From assembly GCA_965219415.1 (NCBI GenBank), contig OZ244742.1, forward strand, positions 704,001-768,000: a stretch of DNA of 64,000 nucleotides. The letters are read 5' to 3'. Under the pieces are notes generated by a model. That model was not told where the DNA came from. It saw only the letters and a list, made by a program, of their open reading frames with translations, and did no database searches. Below, piece by piece: positions 20,323-29,667 of this stretch (positions within the stretch are counted from its first letter, which is position 1; every line of letters starts with the position of its first letter). Origin of the DNA: Candidatus Marinacidobacterales bacterium (GTDB lineage Bacteria > Acidobacteriota > Vicinamibacteria > Marinacidobacterales > DATDRI01). The position numbers were made by a program, and so were the translations under genes.

Positions 20323-21699
20323 CTAAGAAACTCCGGTGTGCGGACTCGATGCAGCCGCCTCTACCAACGTGTAGCCTAATTGACGAGCGCGACGCTGGAG
20401 GTTGTGGAGGACCCTCTCCTGATAATGTCTCTCGTAGTAGTCGGTGCCAGGATCGACATAGGCGAGTCCGAAGCGAACGGCGTTGTAGAACAGCACTGCT
20501 AACTTTCTCGCTGTCGCGGTCACTGCCTTCGCCTTGCCGACTCGTGCGCCCACTCGACGGTAGAATGCACCAAGGGCGGTCTGCGTTCGCCCAACGTTCA
20601 CCGCAGCGATACGAAAGAGCGCGGCGGCGCGATTCGAGGACCGACGCGACTTCGAACTCAGCACGCGGCCGCCCGAGATCTTGTTGCCGGGTGCTAGGGT
20701 CAGCCACGACGTGAAGTGTTTGGCGGTCGGCCATTTCCGCATGTCGTCACCGCATTCGGCGACGAGTCGCAGAACCGTGTACGGACCCAATCCATGGATC
20801 TGGCTCAAATCGGCACCCAAGAGGGTATACAGAGCTCCCCGTACATCGAACTTCGGTTCGTTCTTCCCGCTCGCATGTCGGACACGTGGAATCGGCTCGT
20901 CGGGCGCAGTTCGATCGTGGTTCAGCTCGCCTATAGCGGCTTCGACCTCCACGTCGCATTCGGTGACCCTCGCTTGAACGAAGTCATAGAGTTGGAGCTC
21001 ATGGCGTAGCGCGAAGAGGTGTTCGAGCCGGTAGTTACCTGTCAGAGCCTCGCGGATCGTTTCGACAGATTGCTTGCATCGGACGTCACGGTACTGGGCA
21101 AGCACGTCGGGCTCGTGAACACCGCCGACTATAGCGCGAATGATCTTCATGCCCGTGACACCTGTAATATCAGTCACTACGTGCTGAAGCTGGACGTTCA
21201 TCTGCATAAGGGCTTTCTGCATCCGCTGGATGTGCGTCGCTGCCTGGTTGATGAGGCGTTCACGGTGGCGAAGAAGTGCCCGGAGCCGAACCAACTGACC
21301 ACGAGGCCGGAAGCTGCCGCGAAGAAGACCATGCTCGTGCAGCTGCTGTAGCCACTGAGCATCGTTGACGTCGGTCTTCCGCCCTGGGACATTCTTGACG
21401 TCACGTGCGTTGACCAGGAGCACCTCGAACCCGCGCGCTTCCAAGATCTCGAAGGCTGGAATCCAGTACACTCCTGTCGATTCCATAGCGATGGTGGTGA
21501 TCCCGACCTCTGCGAGCCAGTCGGCCAACTGGTGTAGGTCGCCCGTGAAGCTTCGAAACGTCCGCACGGACATCTCGACCCGCTCCGGTGGGACCGCAAC
21601 CACATGGAATGTCGCTCCGATGTCGATTCCTGCGGCGTTAACGTGGATGGACGTAATGGATCGTCTGGACGACTTCCGGCGCTTCCTTCTTGTCATCAT
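20323..21699 (-). CDS. IS110 transposase/recombinase
   Basis: Identical 458-aa protein to 18714-20090. Confidence 0.95.
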   Translation of the reverse strand: MMTRRKRRKSSRRSITSIHVNAAGIDIGATFHVVAVPPERVEMSVRTFRSFTGDLHQLADWLAEVGITTIAMESTGVYWIPAFEILEARGFEVLLVNARDVKNVPGRKTDVNDAQWLQQLHEHGLLRGSFRPRGQLVRLRALLRHRERLINQAATHIQRMQKALMQMNVQLQHVVTDITGVTGMKIIRAIVGGVHEPDVLAQYRDVRCKQSVETIREALTGNYRLEHLFALRHELQLYDFVQARVTECDVEVEAAIGELNHDRTAPDEPIPRVRHASGKNEPKFDVRGALYTLLGADLSQIHGLGPYTVLRLVAECGDDMRKWPTAKHFTSWLTLAPGNKISGGRVLSSKSRRSSNRAAALFRIAAVNVGRTQTALGAFYRRVGARVGKAKAVTATARKLAVLFYNAVRFGLAYVDPGTDYYERHYQERVLHNLQRRARQLGYTLVEAAASSPHTGVS

Positions 21700-21703
21700 T
21701 CCT

Positions 21704-21919
21704 CCTTCCGGATTAAACCCGAAAGGAGGGATGGGCGGAAGTTCATCATTTTCCTAAACGGGATCGCCAAATGGCGCCACCACTGTCAAGTCCGCAGCCA
21801 CCCCCGGACCATGTTTTTTTACGGGATCGAAATCACCAGTAAGCGGACGGCCTCTCCTCTCGAGTAGCCAAGAGGGTAGCCGTCAGGGAGTTTCTGGTTC
21901 AACAGGAGGCGCGCCCGCG
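21704..21919 (-). ncRNA. putative IS110 bridge RNA, copy 2 (ends approximate)
   Basis: Same sequence as copy 1. Confidence 0.6.
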
Positions 21920-22689
21920 CTCGAAGGTTTTTTTGGATCTCGAGCATCGTTTCCACCCGAGCGAGGCGACGCTTCAGTCGCGTGTTCTCGCGCGCGAGTT
22001 CCTTGATTCGAGGATCCTCGACCTTGCCCTTTCGTCCCCGCTTGATCGCGGCGAGCCCGACCCCCGCCATCTCATCCCGCTGGCGACGCCAACTCGACAG
22101 GAGCGACGAGTACAGTCCTTCTCGACGCAGAAGCGCTCCCACATCGCCATCACCCTTGCAGGCATCCGCTTCGCGCAGTATCCGCAGCTTGTACTCCGCG
22201 GTAAAGCGTCGACGCTTCGCTTGTTCACTCACTTCGGGATCCGGGGCCACCACTGCTTCGCGGCTGGCGGGTTCTACAGTCGCCCTACCGGCTCCTTCCG
22301 ACCCCGCCAAGTTCGTCTTCTCAGTCAACAGACTCATTCATGATCCTCCTCCGCCTTCCACACTAATTTCAAGGGGCGAAGTGTCTCAAGCATGTTGGCA
22401 CGGAGGGGTGCGGAATGGCAACGCCAGAGCAGTCGCCCGTAGAAAGCCTACACGCTGCCGAAGCTGCGGCGCACAGGCCTCAACGGCTGCGGCTAGCTCT
22501 TTCTCCTGAGGCTCGATGCCTACTACGAACGCCGACGCATTCGCATACCGGAAAGCCAGTCGACCGTCTCCCGAGCCAACTTCGAGTACTCTCGCGTTGC
22601 TAAAATCCGTGGCCTGCAGGAGAACCTGGGATTCTACTCCGTTGGGGTCGAGTTCAGTCGCCATCTCGTGTACTCCATGAAGAATCGCG

Positions 22690-22821
22690 GTCTAACAGTT
22701 GCGTTGAGCGGCGAGGCCAATCCCATCACGAAAGCACAATTCGTATCGAACCCTCATACGCCCATGATGTCAAGCTTCGCTGGGTTGAGAAGGGCTCGTC
22801 CGCCCAAACGCGTCGTTAGAC
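22690..22821 (-). other. attC site
   Basis: GTCTAAC ... GTTAGAC perfect core pair; the upstream gene's TAA lies in R''. Confidence 0.85.
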
Positions 22822-23459
22822 AGCACTTGGGTACCCAATTCGCTCCGCGTCAGCTTGAATATCCTGAAGGGAAATATCTCGATTGAGTTGGCGGATGAGT
22901 GTCTCAGAAAGCTCCTCTTGTCGGTAGATAGCCTCAACGGGCTCCAATGGCACTGACCGCTCAAAGTACTCCTCGGCCCAGGCTCGGTAGGTCTCAGCGT
23001 TGCCATCTAGAATCGCTAGCAACTCACCTGAGCCGTCCGGATCGTCTCCGACGGGATAGGAAATCTCACCGCAGTGCCACGACGGTTCTTCAAACTCGCG
23101 CCAAATACAGAAGGTGCTGTTCTTAATATCGAAGGCGGGCTCTGAGAGGAAATCAGCAAATACCGCAGGTAGCCCTCAAAGATCCCTGGCCAGGGTTCCT
23201 CCATTCGGAACATCGGCGATTCATGAGCTAAGCCCTTCAGTGCGACGCCGGCCGTTGTGAACAAGGCGAACCACTCGTCTCCGGAACCGTCTCTCATCGA
23301 GGCCATCTGCTCATCTTGTCCCCACTGCGAGTCGAACGAGTAGTAGCGGTCATCCCACGCCGGTTCGTTAATCGCATCGAGCATGGCAAGTGACTGAGTC
23401 AATCGCCTCAGTACAGGAATGTCCGGTAAGGCTCCGAGGTTCCGGGAAGAGATCACCAC
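22816..23459 (-). pseudogene. cassette hypothetical protein, frameshifted
   Basis: ORFs 23016-23459 (LAMLDAI...RYYSFDSQW...MRDGSGDEWF) and 22816-23022; bounded by GTTAGAC / GTCTAAC. Confidence 0.7.
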
Positions 23460-23460
23460 T

Positions 23461-23544
23461 GTCTAACAGTGCGGATCGGCTGTGGGGGTCGCGCCCAAGG
23501 CCATCGTGCGCGCGGACCTCGTCTGATGCATCCGCTTGTTATGC
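23461..23544 (-). other. attC site
   Basis: Minus strand GCATAAC ... GTTAGAC with GCGGAT/ATCCGC inner arms. Confidence 0.8.
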
Positions 23545-23824
23545 CCGCGCCTTACTAGACTCAAACGTCGACGCCACACTCACGCCCATATCCCACCTCA
23601 AGAAATCTCTGATTCCCAAGACATGCGCATAGCAGAGCGCATCTGCCACATGCGCGTGTTAGGCAGACCGCCACTCATTGGTCTCTCACTTCTCCCTCAC
23701 TGGGTGGTGCAGCCAATCGTGCTTCCACACGTTCTGTGGCCAAGGCCAGAACCCTCCTTGCTTTCCGCACGAACTCATAGTTAACGAGCACCCTCGGCCC
23801 GTCACCGGTGTGGTTGGCTAGAAA

Positions 23825-24124
23825 TCATCGATCTGACCAGACCGCTAACTCGTTTCCGCTCGGATCGGTGAAGTGAAAGCGTCTTCCACCCGGAAACTCG
23901 AATATCTCTCGGACGATCTGCCCCCCGCTCTCACAAACTCGGGCTTCGAGCTCTGCCAAATTCGTGGAATAGAGCACCACCAATGGACCGCCTGCCCGCA
24001 CCTCCGTCGCTACACTAAAACCGCCGGCTAATCGACCGTCGGTGAAGCTCGTGTAATCGGGACCATAGTCAGTGAACTCCCAACCGAAAACCTCTGAGTA
24101 AAACCTCTTGGTCTCCTCGATGTT
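23825..24124 (-). pseudogene. VOC family gene, 5'-truncated by IS256
   Basis: TKRFYSEVFGWEFTDYGPDY...FPGGRRFHFTDPSGNELAVWS; R''-like AGCCAAC just after the stop. Confidence 0.8.
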
Positions 24125-25493
24125 GGATCCGTCCCGCTTCCCGTGGAAATAAGAATGGCGTAACCTCCGGTTAAGCAAAACGAAACCGCGCCTGGAAAGG
24201 CGAGGAGGAGGATTACGCCATGAAGAAGCCTACCACCATATCGAAGGAGTCTGTAAGCGAGTACCGGGAGTTCGTCCAACTTCGGCTGCGTATGCGGGTA
24301 CTGGAGGCGATCGAGGTTGTGCTCGAGGAAGAAGTCGACCAAGCGCTGGGGTGTTGTAGCTACGAGCGTGCGGAAGACCGCCGTGGATATCGCAACGGAG
24401 CCGAAACCCGTCGCGTGACGACGTCGGTGGGAACTCGCGAGCTCCGGGTGCCACGAGCCCGCGTGCGAGACGAGGAAACGGGAGAAACGACAGAGTTCAG
24501 GAGCGAGCTGTTTGCCCCGGTACGCGCGCCGGACTCGTGAGGTCGACGAGGCGCTCTTGGGGACGTACTTGTCGGGCGCGAATAGCCGCCGGGTCCGCAA
24601 AGCGCTGAAACCACTGCTCGGTGAGGAGCACCTATCGAAGAGCGCGGTGTCTCGCGTGGTTAGCCGGCTGAAGGAGCGCTTCGAGGAATGGCAGAACCGT
24701 GCTCTCAGCGAGGAGGTCTACGCGATCGTTTACCTGGACGGCTTCCACCTGAAAGTGCGGATGGCGAAACGTGTGATCAGCGTACCCGTACTGGCCGCGC
24801 TCGGGGTCGCGCCAGACGGGCACAAACGTCTGTTGTCATTGCGTCTGGCGGTGAGCGAAGCCTCGACGCATTGGGGCTCCGTGCTGGAGGGACTCCAGGC
24901 TCGAGGACTCCGGGCTCCCAAGCTAGTGATCAGCGACGGCCACAAGGGGCTGACGAAAGCGCTGGAGAAGTGGCCGGGGTGCCGGTTGCAGCGATGTACC
25001 GAGCACAAGCGCGCCAACTTGCTCCAACATTGCCCGGCGCACGCACGCCGTGAGCTCCGGCGTGACTACAACCGGATCGTCTACGCCAAGAACGGGATCG
25101 ATGCTCGCAAAGCCTATGACGAGCTCGTCGCCAAGTGGACGCCTCTCGCGCCGGCCGTCGTCCGAAGCCTAGAGGAGGCCGGTAATCAGCTGCTGACCTT
25201 CTACGAATTCCCTCGTGCCATGTGGAAATCGTTTCGAACGACCAATGCTCTGGAGAATCTCAACCGCGAGTTTCGACGCCGGACGAAAACCCAAGCGTCG
25301 TTCTCCAGCGAGGAGTCCGCGGTCGCTTTGCTGTTTGGGCTTATCGCCTCTGGCCAGATTCAACTACGACGCATCGACGGCTACCAACGTCTGAGCGAGG
25401 TTCTCGAACACGCGGAGGTTGCCGCCTGATATGATACTCTGATGACGGAGTGGAGGGCGCCGTTCTTTTTCCACGGACCTCGGGACACATCCC
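24125..25493 (+). mobile_element. IS256-family element (second type); transposase 24220-25429 frameshifted near 24512
   Basis: IRs GGATCCGTCCCG..CCGTGGAAATAAGAATGGCG / GGATGTGTCCCG..CCGTGGAAAAAGAACGGCG; GYRNG, YLDG, ISDGHKGL, RTTNALE; no TSD seen. Confidence 0.88.
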
Positions 25494-25526
25494 GTTCCCA
25501 CGGTACATTGGCAGAAACTCCGAGCT

Positions 25527-25806
25527 TCACTCCCTAGCATCATCACCGTAAACCACTGGCCGCCCGGGACGCCGCGCCGCAGCCCTGAAGAGAAGGTAGG
25601 CCACGATGCCGCTAGCCAAGCCTGTGCCTGTGACAACGAGGCTGAAAAGTCGCGCAAATCCTCCGAAAATGACACCCTCACCAACGAAGCCGGCGTTTAC
25701 CTCTTTGGAAGAGAAAAAATACTCAAGCACCATCGTAACTCCTACGAATAAGCACCATACGCTCAATGCCGCAAGCAGAAACCCGAGTACTCTTCGCCAA
25801 CCCACC
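25527..25806 (-). pseudogene. membrane protein fragment, 5'-truncated by IS3
   Basis: Hydrophobic ORF VGWRRVLGFLLAAL... whose nominal start lies inside the IS end. Confidence 0.5.
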
Positions 25807-25877
25807 CCCCTCCGTGCCAACATGCTTGAGACACTTCGCCCCTTGAAATTAGTGTGGAAGGCGGAGGAGGATCATGA

Positions 25878-26345
25878 ATGAGTCTGTTGACTGAGAAGAC
25901 GAACTTGGCGGGGTCGGAAGGAGCCGGTAGGGCGACTGTAGAACCCGCCAGCCGCGAAGCAGTGGTGGCCCCGGATCCCGAAGTGAGTGAACAAGCGAAG
26001 CGTCGACGCTTTACCGCGGAGTACAAGCTGCGGATACTGCGCGAAGCGGATGCCTGCAAGGGTGATGGCGATGTGGGAGCGCTTCTGCGTCGAGAAGGAC
26101 TGTACTCGTCGCTCCTGTCGAGTTGGCGTCGCCAGCGGGATGAGATGGCGGGGGTCGGGCTCGCCGCGATCAAGCGGGGACGAAAGGGCAAGGTCGAGGA
26201 TCCTCGAATCAAGGAACTCGCGCGCGAGAACACGCGACTGAAGCGTCGCCTCGCTCGGGTGGAAACGATGCTCGAGATCCAAAAAAAAGCCTCCGAGCTC
26301 CTGGGGATCCCCCTGAATCCCCCAGACAGCGACGAGAACGATTGA
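25878..26345 (+). CDS. IS3 OrfA
   Basis: RRRFTAEYKLRIL HTH region, LLRREGLYSS, leucine-zipper-like tail. Confidence 0.88.
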   Translation: MSLLTEKTNLAGSEGAGRATVEPASREAVVAPDPEVSEQAKRRRFTAEYKLRILREADACKGDGDVGALLRREGLYSSLLSSWRRQRDEMAGVGLAAIKRGRKGKVEDPRIKELARENTRLKRRLARVETMLEIQKKASELLGIPLNPPDSDEND

Positions 26346-27460
26346 TGGCGGCGGCCGAGGACCTGGCGGGTCGGATTGGACAGACAGCGGAAGCCTGCGA
26401 GGCTCTGGGAGTGGCTCGCTCCACGCTGTATCGCCGGCGGCGGCCGGTGACGTCCAATCCGAAGCGTCGTCCTCGGCCCCACCGAGCCCTCGACGAGACC
26501 GAGCGAGAGCAGGTGCTCGGCGCGTTGCACTCCGAGCGGTTTGTCGACAAAGTGCCCGCCGCAATGTGGGCCACGCTTCTGGACGAGGGAACCTACTACT
26601 GCTCGATTCGTACGATGTATCGGATTCTGGCGGAGCAGGGGGAAGTCAGAGAACGTCGGAACCAACTGTGCCATCCGAACTACCGCAAGCCGGAGCTGTT
26701 GGCCGAAGCCCCCAACCAGGTTTGGTCCTGGGACATCACCAAGCTTCGTGGCCCCGTCAAGTGGACCTACTACTACCTCTTCGTGATCCTGGACATCTTC
26801 TCCCGCTACGTCACGGGTTGGATGCTGGCTCACCGAGAAAGTGCCGAGCTCGCTCGTCGTCTCATCGTCGAGAGCTGTCGCAAGCAAGGCATCGAACCAG
26901 GCCAGCTCACCATCCACGCGGATCGTGGCAGCTCGATGCGAAGCAAGTCCGTCGCCTTGCTTCTGGCCGACCTCGGCGTTACCAAGACTCACTCGCGACC
27001 TCACGTCTCGAACGACAATCCCTACTCCGAGTCTCAGTTCAAGACGCTGAAGTATTGCCCCCAGTTCCCGCGTCGTTTCGGCTCCATCGAGGATGCTCGC
27101 CTGTTCTGCCGCAACTTCTTCGACTACTACAACCTCGAACACCGCCACTCGGGAATCGGTCTCATGACACCGGCCGTCGTTCATCAGGGTCGCGCCGAAC
27201 AACTCAACGCGGCTCGCCGACACACGCTTCTCGCCGCTCATCGGGCTCATCCCGAACGCTTCGTCCGTGGAAAACCTCAACCCCCTGTTTTGCCGTCTCA
27301 GGCTTGGATCAACCCCCCACCTGACAAAAACACGCGCGAGGATCGCCTAGGAGCCACTTTCTCTGGGTGGTCCATACCTGGGGTAGCCCCTTTTTCCGCT
27401 CCACGTAAGAGATCTCGATCCAGGCAGACGTGGACAAAATCGACGTCACGACCCTCCTGA
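26342..27460 (+). CDS. IS3 OrfB DDE transposase
   Basis: WSWDITKL, IHADRGS, DNPYSESQF; -1 frame is open from the A8 run. Confidence 0.92.
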   Translation: MMAAAEDLAGRIGQTAEACEALGVARSTLYRRRRPVTSNPKRRPRPHRALDETEREQVLGALHSERFVDKVPAAMWATLLDEGTYYCSIRTMYRILAEQGEVRERRNQLCHPNYRKPELLAEAPNQVWSWDITKLRGPVKWTYYYLFVILDIFSRYVTGWMLAHRESAELARRLIVESCRKQGIEPGQLTIHADRGSSMRSKSVALLLADLGVTKTHSRPHVSNDNPYSESQFKTLKYCPQFPRRFGSIEDARLFCRNFFDYYNLEHRHSGIGLMTPAVVHQGRAEQLNAARRHTLLAAHRAHPERFVRGKPQPPVLPSQAWINPPPDKNTREDRLGATFSGWSIPGVAPFSAPRKRSRSRQTWTKSTSRPS

Positions 27461-27521
27461 CACCAATCGAGGCTCCACTAAATGCAGCTCGCGGGTGTCT
27501 CAATGTTGTTGACACGCTCCG

Positions 27522-27809
27522 TTGGTACCAAATGCCAGCCTCGCTCGTGAACTCTAGCCGCCTAATCTGCCCGATACGCTCCACCCACGCGTCGTATGGC
27601 AGCTCCGCGTGCTGTGACAACAACTGCTTGAGCTCCTGACGAGCGTCCGCTTTGTTCTGCCAGGCCGGCGCTCGGAGCCAACGCAAGCTCAGTACGTGGA
27701 ACGCGATGGCTACTGACCCGACGAAGAAACCGGCAACGCCACCTAGAGATTTGCCCGACTCTCTCCAGCCCGAGCTCAGTGCCGCCAGGTCTGCTTCTCT
27801 CGGCTTCAT
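27522..27809 (-). pseudogene. cassette gene, 3'-truncated by IS3
   Basis: ATG 10 nt after the cassette core GTTCGAC; ORF runs into the IS end. Confidence 0.6.
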
Positions 27810-27819
27810 TGTCTAGTGC

Positions 27820-27953
27820 GTCGAACACCGCGCTAAGCTGCAGGCGCGCATAAATGAAGGCGAGCATAAGCGGCAGCGAAGCTGCCGCGTTGCGAGCATC
27901 CTACTACGCGCGCGCGGACGTGCGCGCGGGTCAGCTTCAGCGCGTTGTTAGGC
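27820..27953 (-). other. attC site
   Basis: Minus strand GCCTAAC..CGCGCTGAAGCTG ... CAGCTTAGCGCG..GTTCGAC, with a single extra base in the arm. Confidence 0.8.
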
Positions 27954-27955
27954 CG

Positions 27956-29033
27956 CGCGAATTCATAAAGTAAGTGCAACACAGCTCCCGGATGAGGTGA
28001 CCTGGAATGTGCCACGATTCCTCAAACAACCAAGAATGGGGACTCGCTAATGACTTATTACCAGATCACCTCGGAAGAACGATACACCATCGCGGCGCTG
28101 CGACGGGAGGGATTTTGCTCGGCCGAGATTGCGCGGCGCCTGGGGCACCACCGGAGCACAATCTCGAGAGAGGTCAGGAGGAACAGCTCACGTAGTGATG
28201 GATGCTACCGGCCGAGCAAGGCCATCGAGAAAACGAACGGACGACGATCGCGGTCTCGCCGGAACCAGTACTTCACAAAGGCCGACTTTGCCCTGGTGGA
28301 GAAGAAGCTTAAGGCTGACTGGAGCCCAGAGCAGATCTCCGGCCACCTGCGCCTTCACGGCGAGCTCTCGATCAGCCACGAGACGATCTACACCCACGTC
28401 TGGCGGGACAAGGAGGCCGGAGGACATCTATACCGCCACCTTCGATGCTCGCCCAAACTTAGACGCAAGCGCCACAACAGCTATGACAGCCGAGGCCACC
28501 TGGCCGGGAAGCGTCATATCTCCGAGCGGCCGCCTTGTGTCGACAAGCGCAGTGCCGTTGGCCACTGGGAGATCGACACCGTGGTAGGAAAAGGCGCGCC
28601 GGACTGCGTAACCACGCTCGTGGAACGAAAGACGGGCTATGCGCTGATCGGCAAGCTGTCCGACCGCACCATGTTCAGCACTAGTCAGCGAACGAAGATG
28701 TTGCTCCGGCGGGTGCCGGAGCAGGTCAAGACGATCACCGCGGACAATGGTACGGAGTTCCACGACTACGAATCCGTCGAGGAAGCGACCGGCGTCAAGT
28801 TCTACTTCGCAACTCCCTATCACTCATGGGAGAGAGGCAGCAACGAGAACTTCAATGGCCTGCTACGACAATACCTGCCGAAGCGCACCAGCCAAGCAGC
28901 GCTCACGCAACGCGACTGCGATCGTATCGCAAACAAGCTCAACTCACGGCCCCGCAAGAGACTCGGCTACCGCACACCGGAGGAACGTTTCCATGGGCTC
29001 TAACGAATGGTGCGCTTCAAACTTGAAGTCACA
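27956..29033 (+). mobile_element. IS30-family element
   Basis: Imperfect IRs (CGCGAATTCA / TGTGACTTCA); 3-bp TSD CCG. Confidence 0.85.
28050..29003 (+). CDS. IS30 transposase
   Basis: STISREVRRN, WSPEQIS, GHWEIDTV, TADNGTEF, WERGSNENFNGLLRQY. Confidence 0.95.
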   Translation: MTYYQITSEERYTIAALRREGFCSAEIARRLGHHRSTISREVRRNSSRSDGCYRPSKAIEKTNGRRSRSRRNQYFTKADFALVEKKLKADWSPEQISGHLRLHGELSISHETIYTHVWRDKEAGGHLYRHLRCSPKLRRKRHNSYDSRGHLAGKRHISERPPCVDKRSAVGHWEIDTVVGKGAPDCVTTLVERKTGYALIGKLSDRTMFSTSQRTKMLLRRVPEQVKTITADNGTEFHDYESVEEATGVKFYFATPYHSWERGSNENFNGLLRQYLPKRTSQAALTQRDCDRIANKLNSRPRKRLGYRTPEERFHGL

Positions 29034-29061
29034 CCGTCCTCCCTGCATGCAGCCGTAGTGA

Positions 29062-29544
29062 TCAGGCGGTGGCCAGCGCTCGCTTCAGTAGCGATATCTG
29101 GCCTGCATGATACAGGTTGTGCTGTGTCACACCGATGAACTGAGTGTACGCCGTGTACGGGGCCTCCGGGACGAGCGGCTCGTCGAGCCGCTCTGCCGGA
29201 AATGCGCGCACCGCTTCCCGGAGCTGCTGATTCAACCGGCGGAGCGCTTCCACAGCTTGCTGCCAGTTTTCGGCCGTCGCCGGCGGACATGAAGGCCAAT
29301 CCTCTTCCGGCGTGACCTGGCGCCCATCTCCCGCCAGTCTGCGCAGAACGAGAGCGTAATCGCTGCCGATGTGCAGGACGAGCTCCCAAATGCTGTGTGC
29401 ATCCGGGATTGGATGGCTGCTGGCTTGCTCAGCCGACACGCCTGCAAGGGCTTCGAGTACAGAGGGGCCGTGCCAGGCCTCACCCTCGAGCGCCAGCCGA
29501 AGCTGCTCCTCCAGCCGCACCATCTCGCCGGCCATCACGCTCAC
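29062..29544 (-). CDS. cassette DinB family protein
   Basis: GEAWHGPS, HSIWELVLH, QHNLYHAGQI; follows core GTTAGGC. Confidence 0.88.
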   Translation of the reverse strand: MSVMAGEMVRLEEQLRLALEGEAWHGPSVLEALAGVSAEQASSHPIPDAHSIWELVLHIGSDYALVLRRLAGDGRQVTPEEDWPSCPPATAENWQQAVEALRRLNQQLREAVRAFPAERLDEPLVPEAPYTAYTQFIGVTQHNLYHAGQISLLKRALATA

Positions 29545-29558
29545 TCACGTTTCTATCG

Positions 29559-29660
29559 GCCTAACAGGGTGCATCAGCTGCGGGCGGCCAACAACCACCC
29601 AACAGTGGTTTACAGCTAAGATGATGGTGGCCGACCGTCTGCTGCATGCACGTGTTAGCC
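29559..29660 (-). other. attC site
   Basis: Minus strand GGCTAAC ... GTTAGGC with GTGCAT(C)/ATGCAC arms. Confidence 0.85.
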
Positions 29661-29667
29661 ACCCGCT

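Larger units (their letters stand above)
20322..21930 (-). mobile_element. IS110-family element, copy 2 (head-to-tail tandem)
   Basis: Repeat of copy 1 at offset 1609. Confidence 0.92.
17478..22408 (-). mobile_element. IS3-family element (inverted copy of 25807-27521) carrying two nested IS110
   Basis: Near-identical to 25807-27521; orfA cut at the A-run near 21931; orfB 17649-18656 with a 1-nt loss near its end. Confidence 0.92.
16984..22664 (-). pseudogene. cassette class I SAM methyltransferase with in-frame TGA-TGA (candidate dual-Sec, MduS-like), interrupted by an IS3/IS110 nest
   Basis: 5' part 22409-22664 (VLEVGSGDGR) joins 3' part 16984-17477 in frame: LPFRTETFDIAVLAWSL**LPHEGMVHALHEIWRVL. 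Confidence 0.75.
25807..27521 (+). mobile_element. IS3-family element, intact copy
   Basis: Subterminal IRs TGCCAACATGCTTGAGACAC / TGTCAACAACATTGAGACAC; ends defined by identity with the second copy; A8-GCC slippery motif at 26281-26291 with a downstream hairpin. Confidence 0.92.

Noticed and set aside
25763-27280. 505-aa antisense ORF (also 17718-18770 and 6199-7653)
   Set aside because: Shadow ORFs of real genes in GC-rich DNA with no recognisable motifs.
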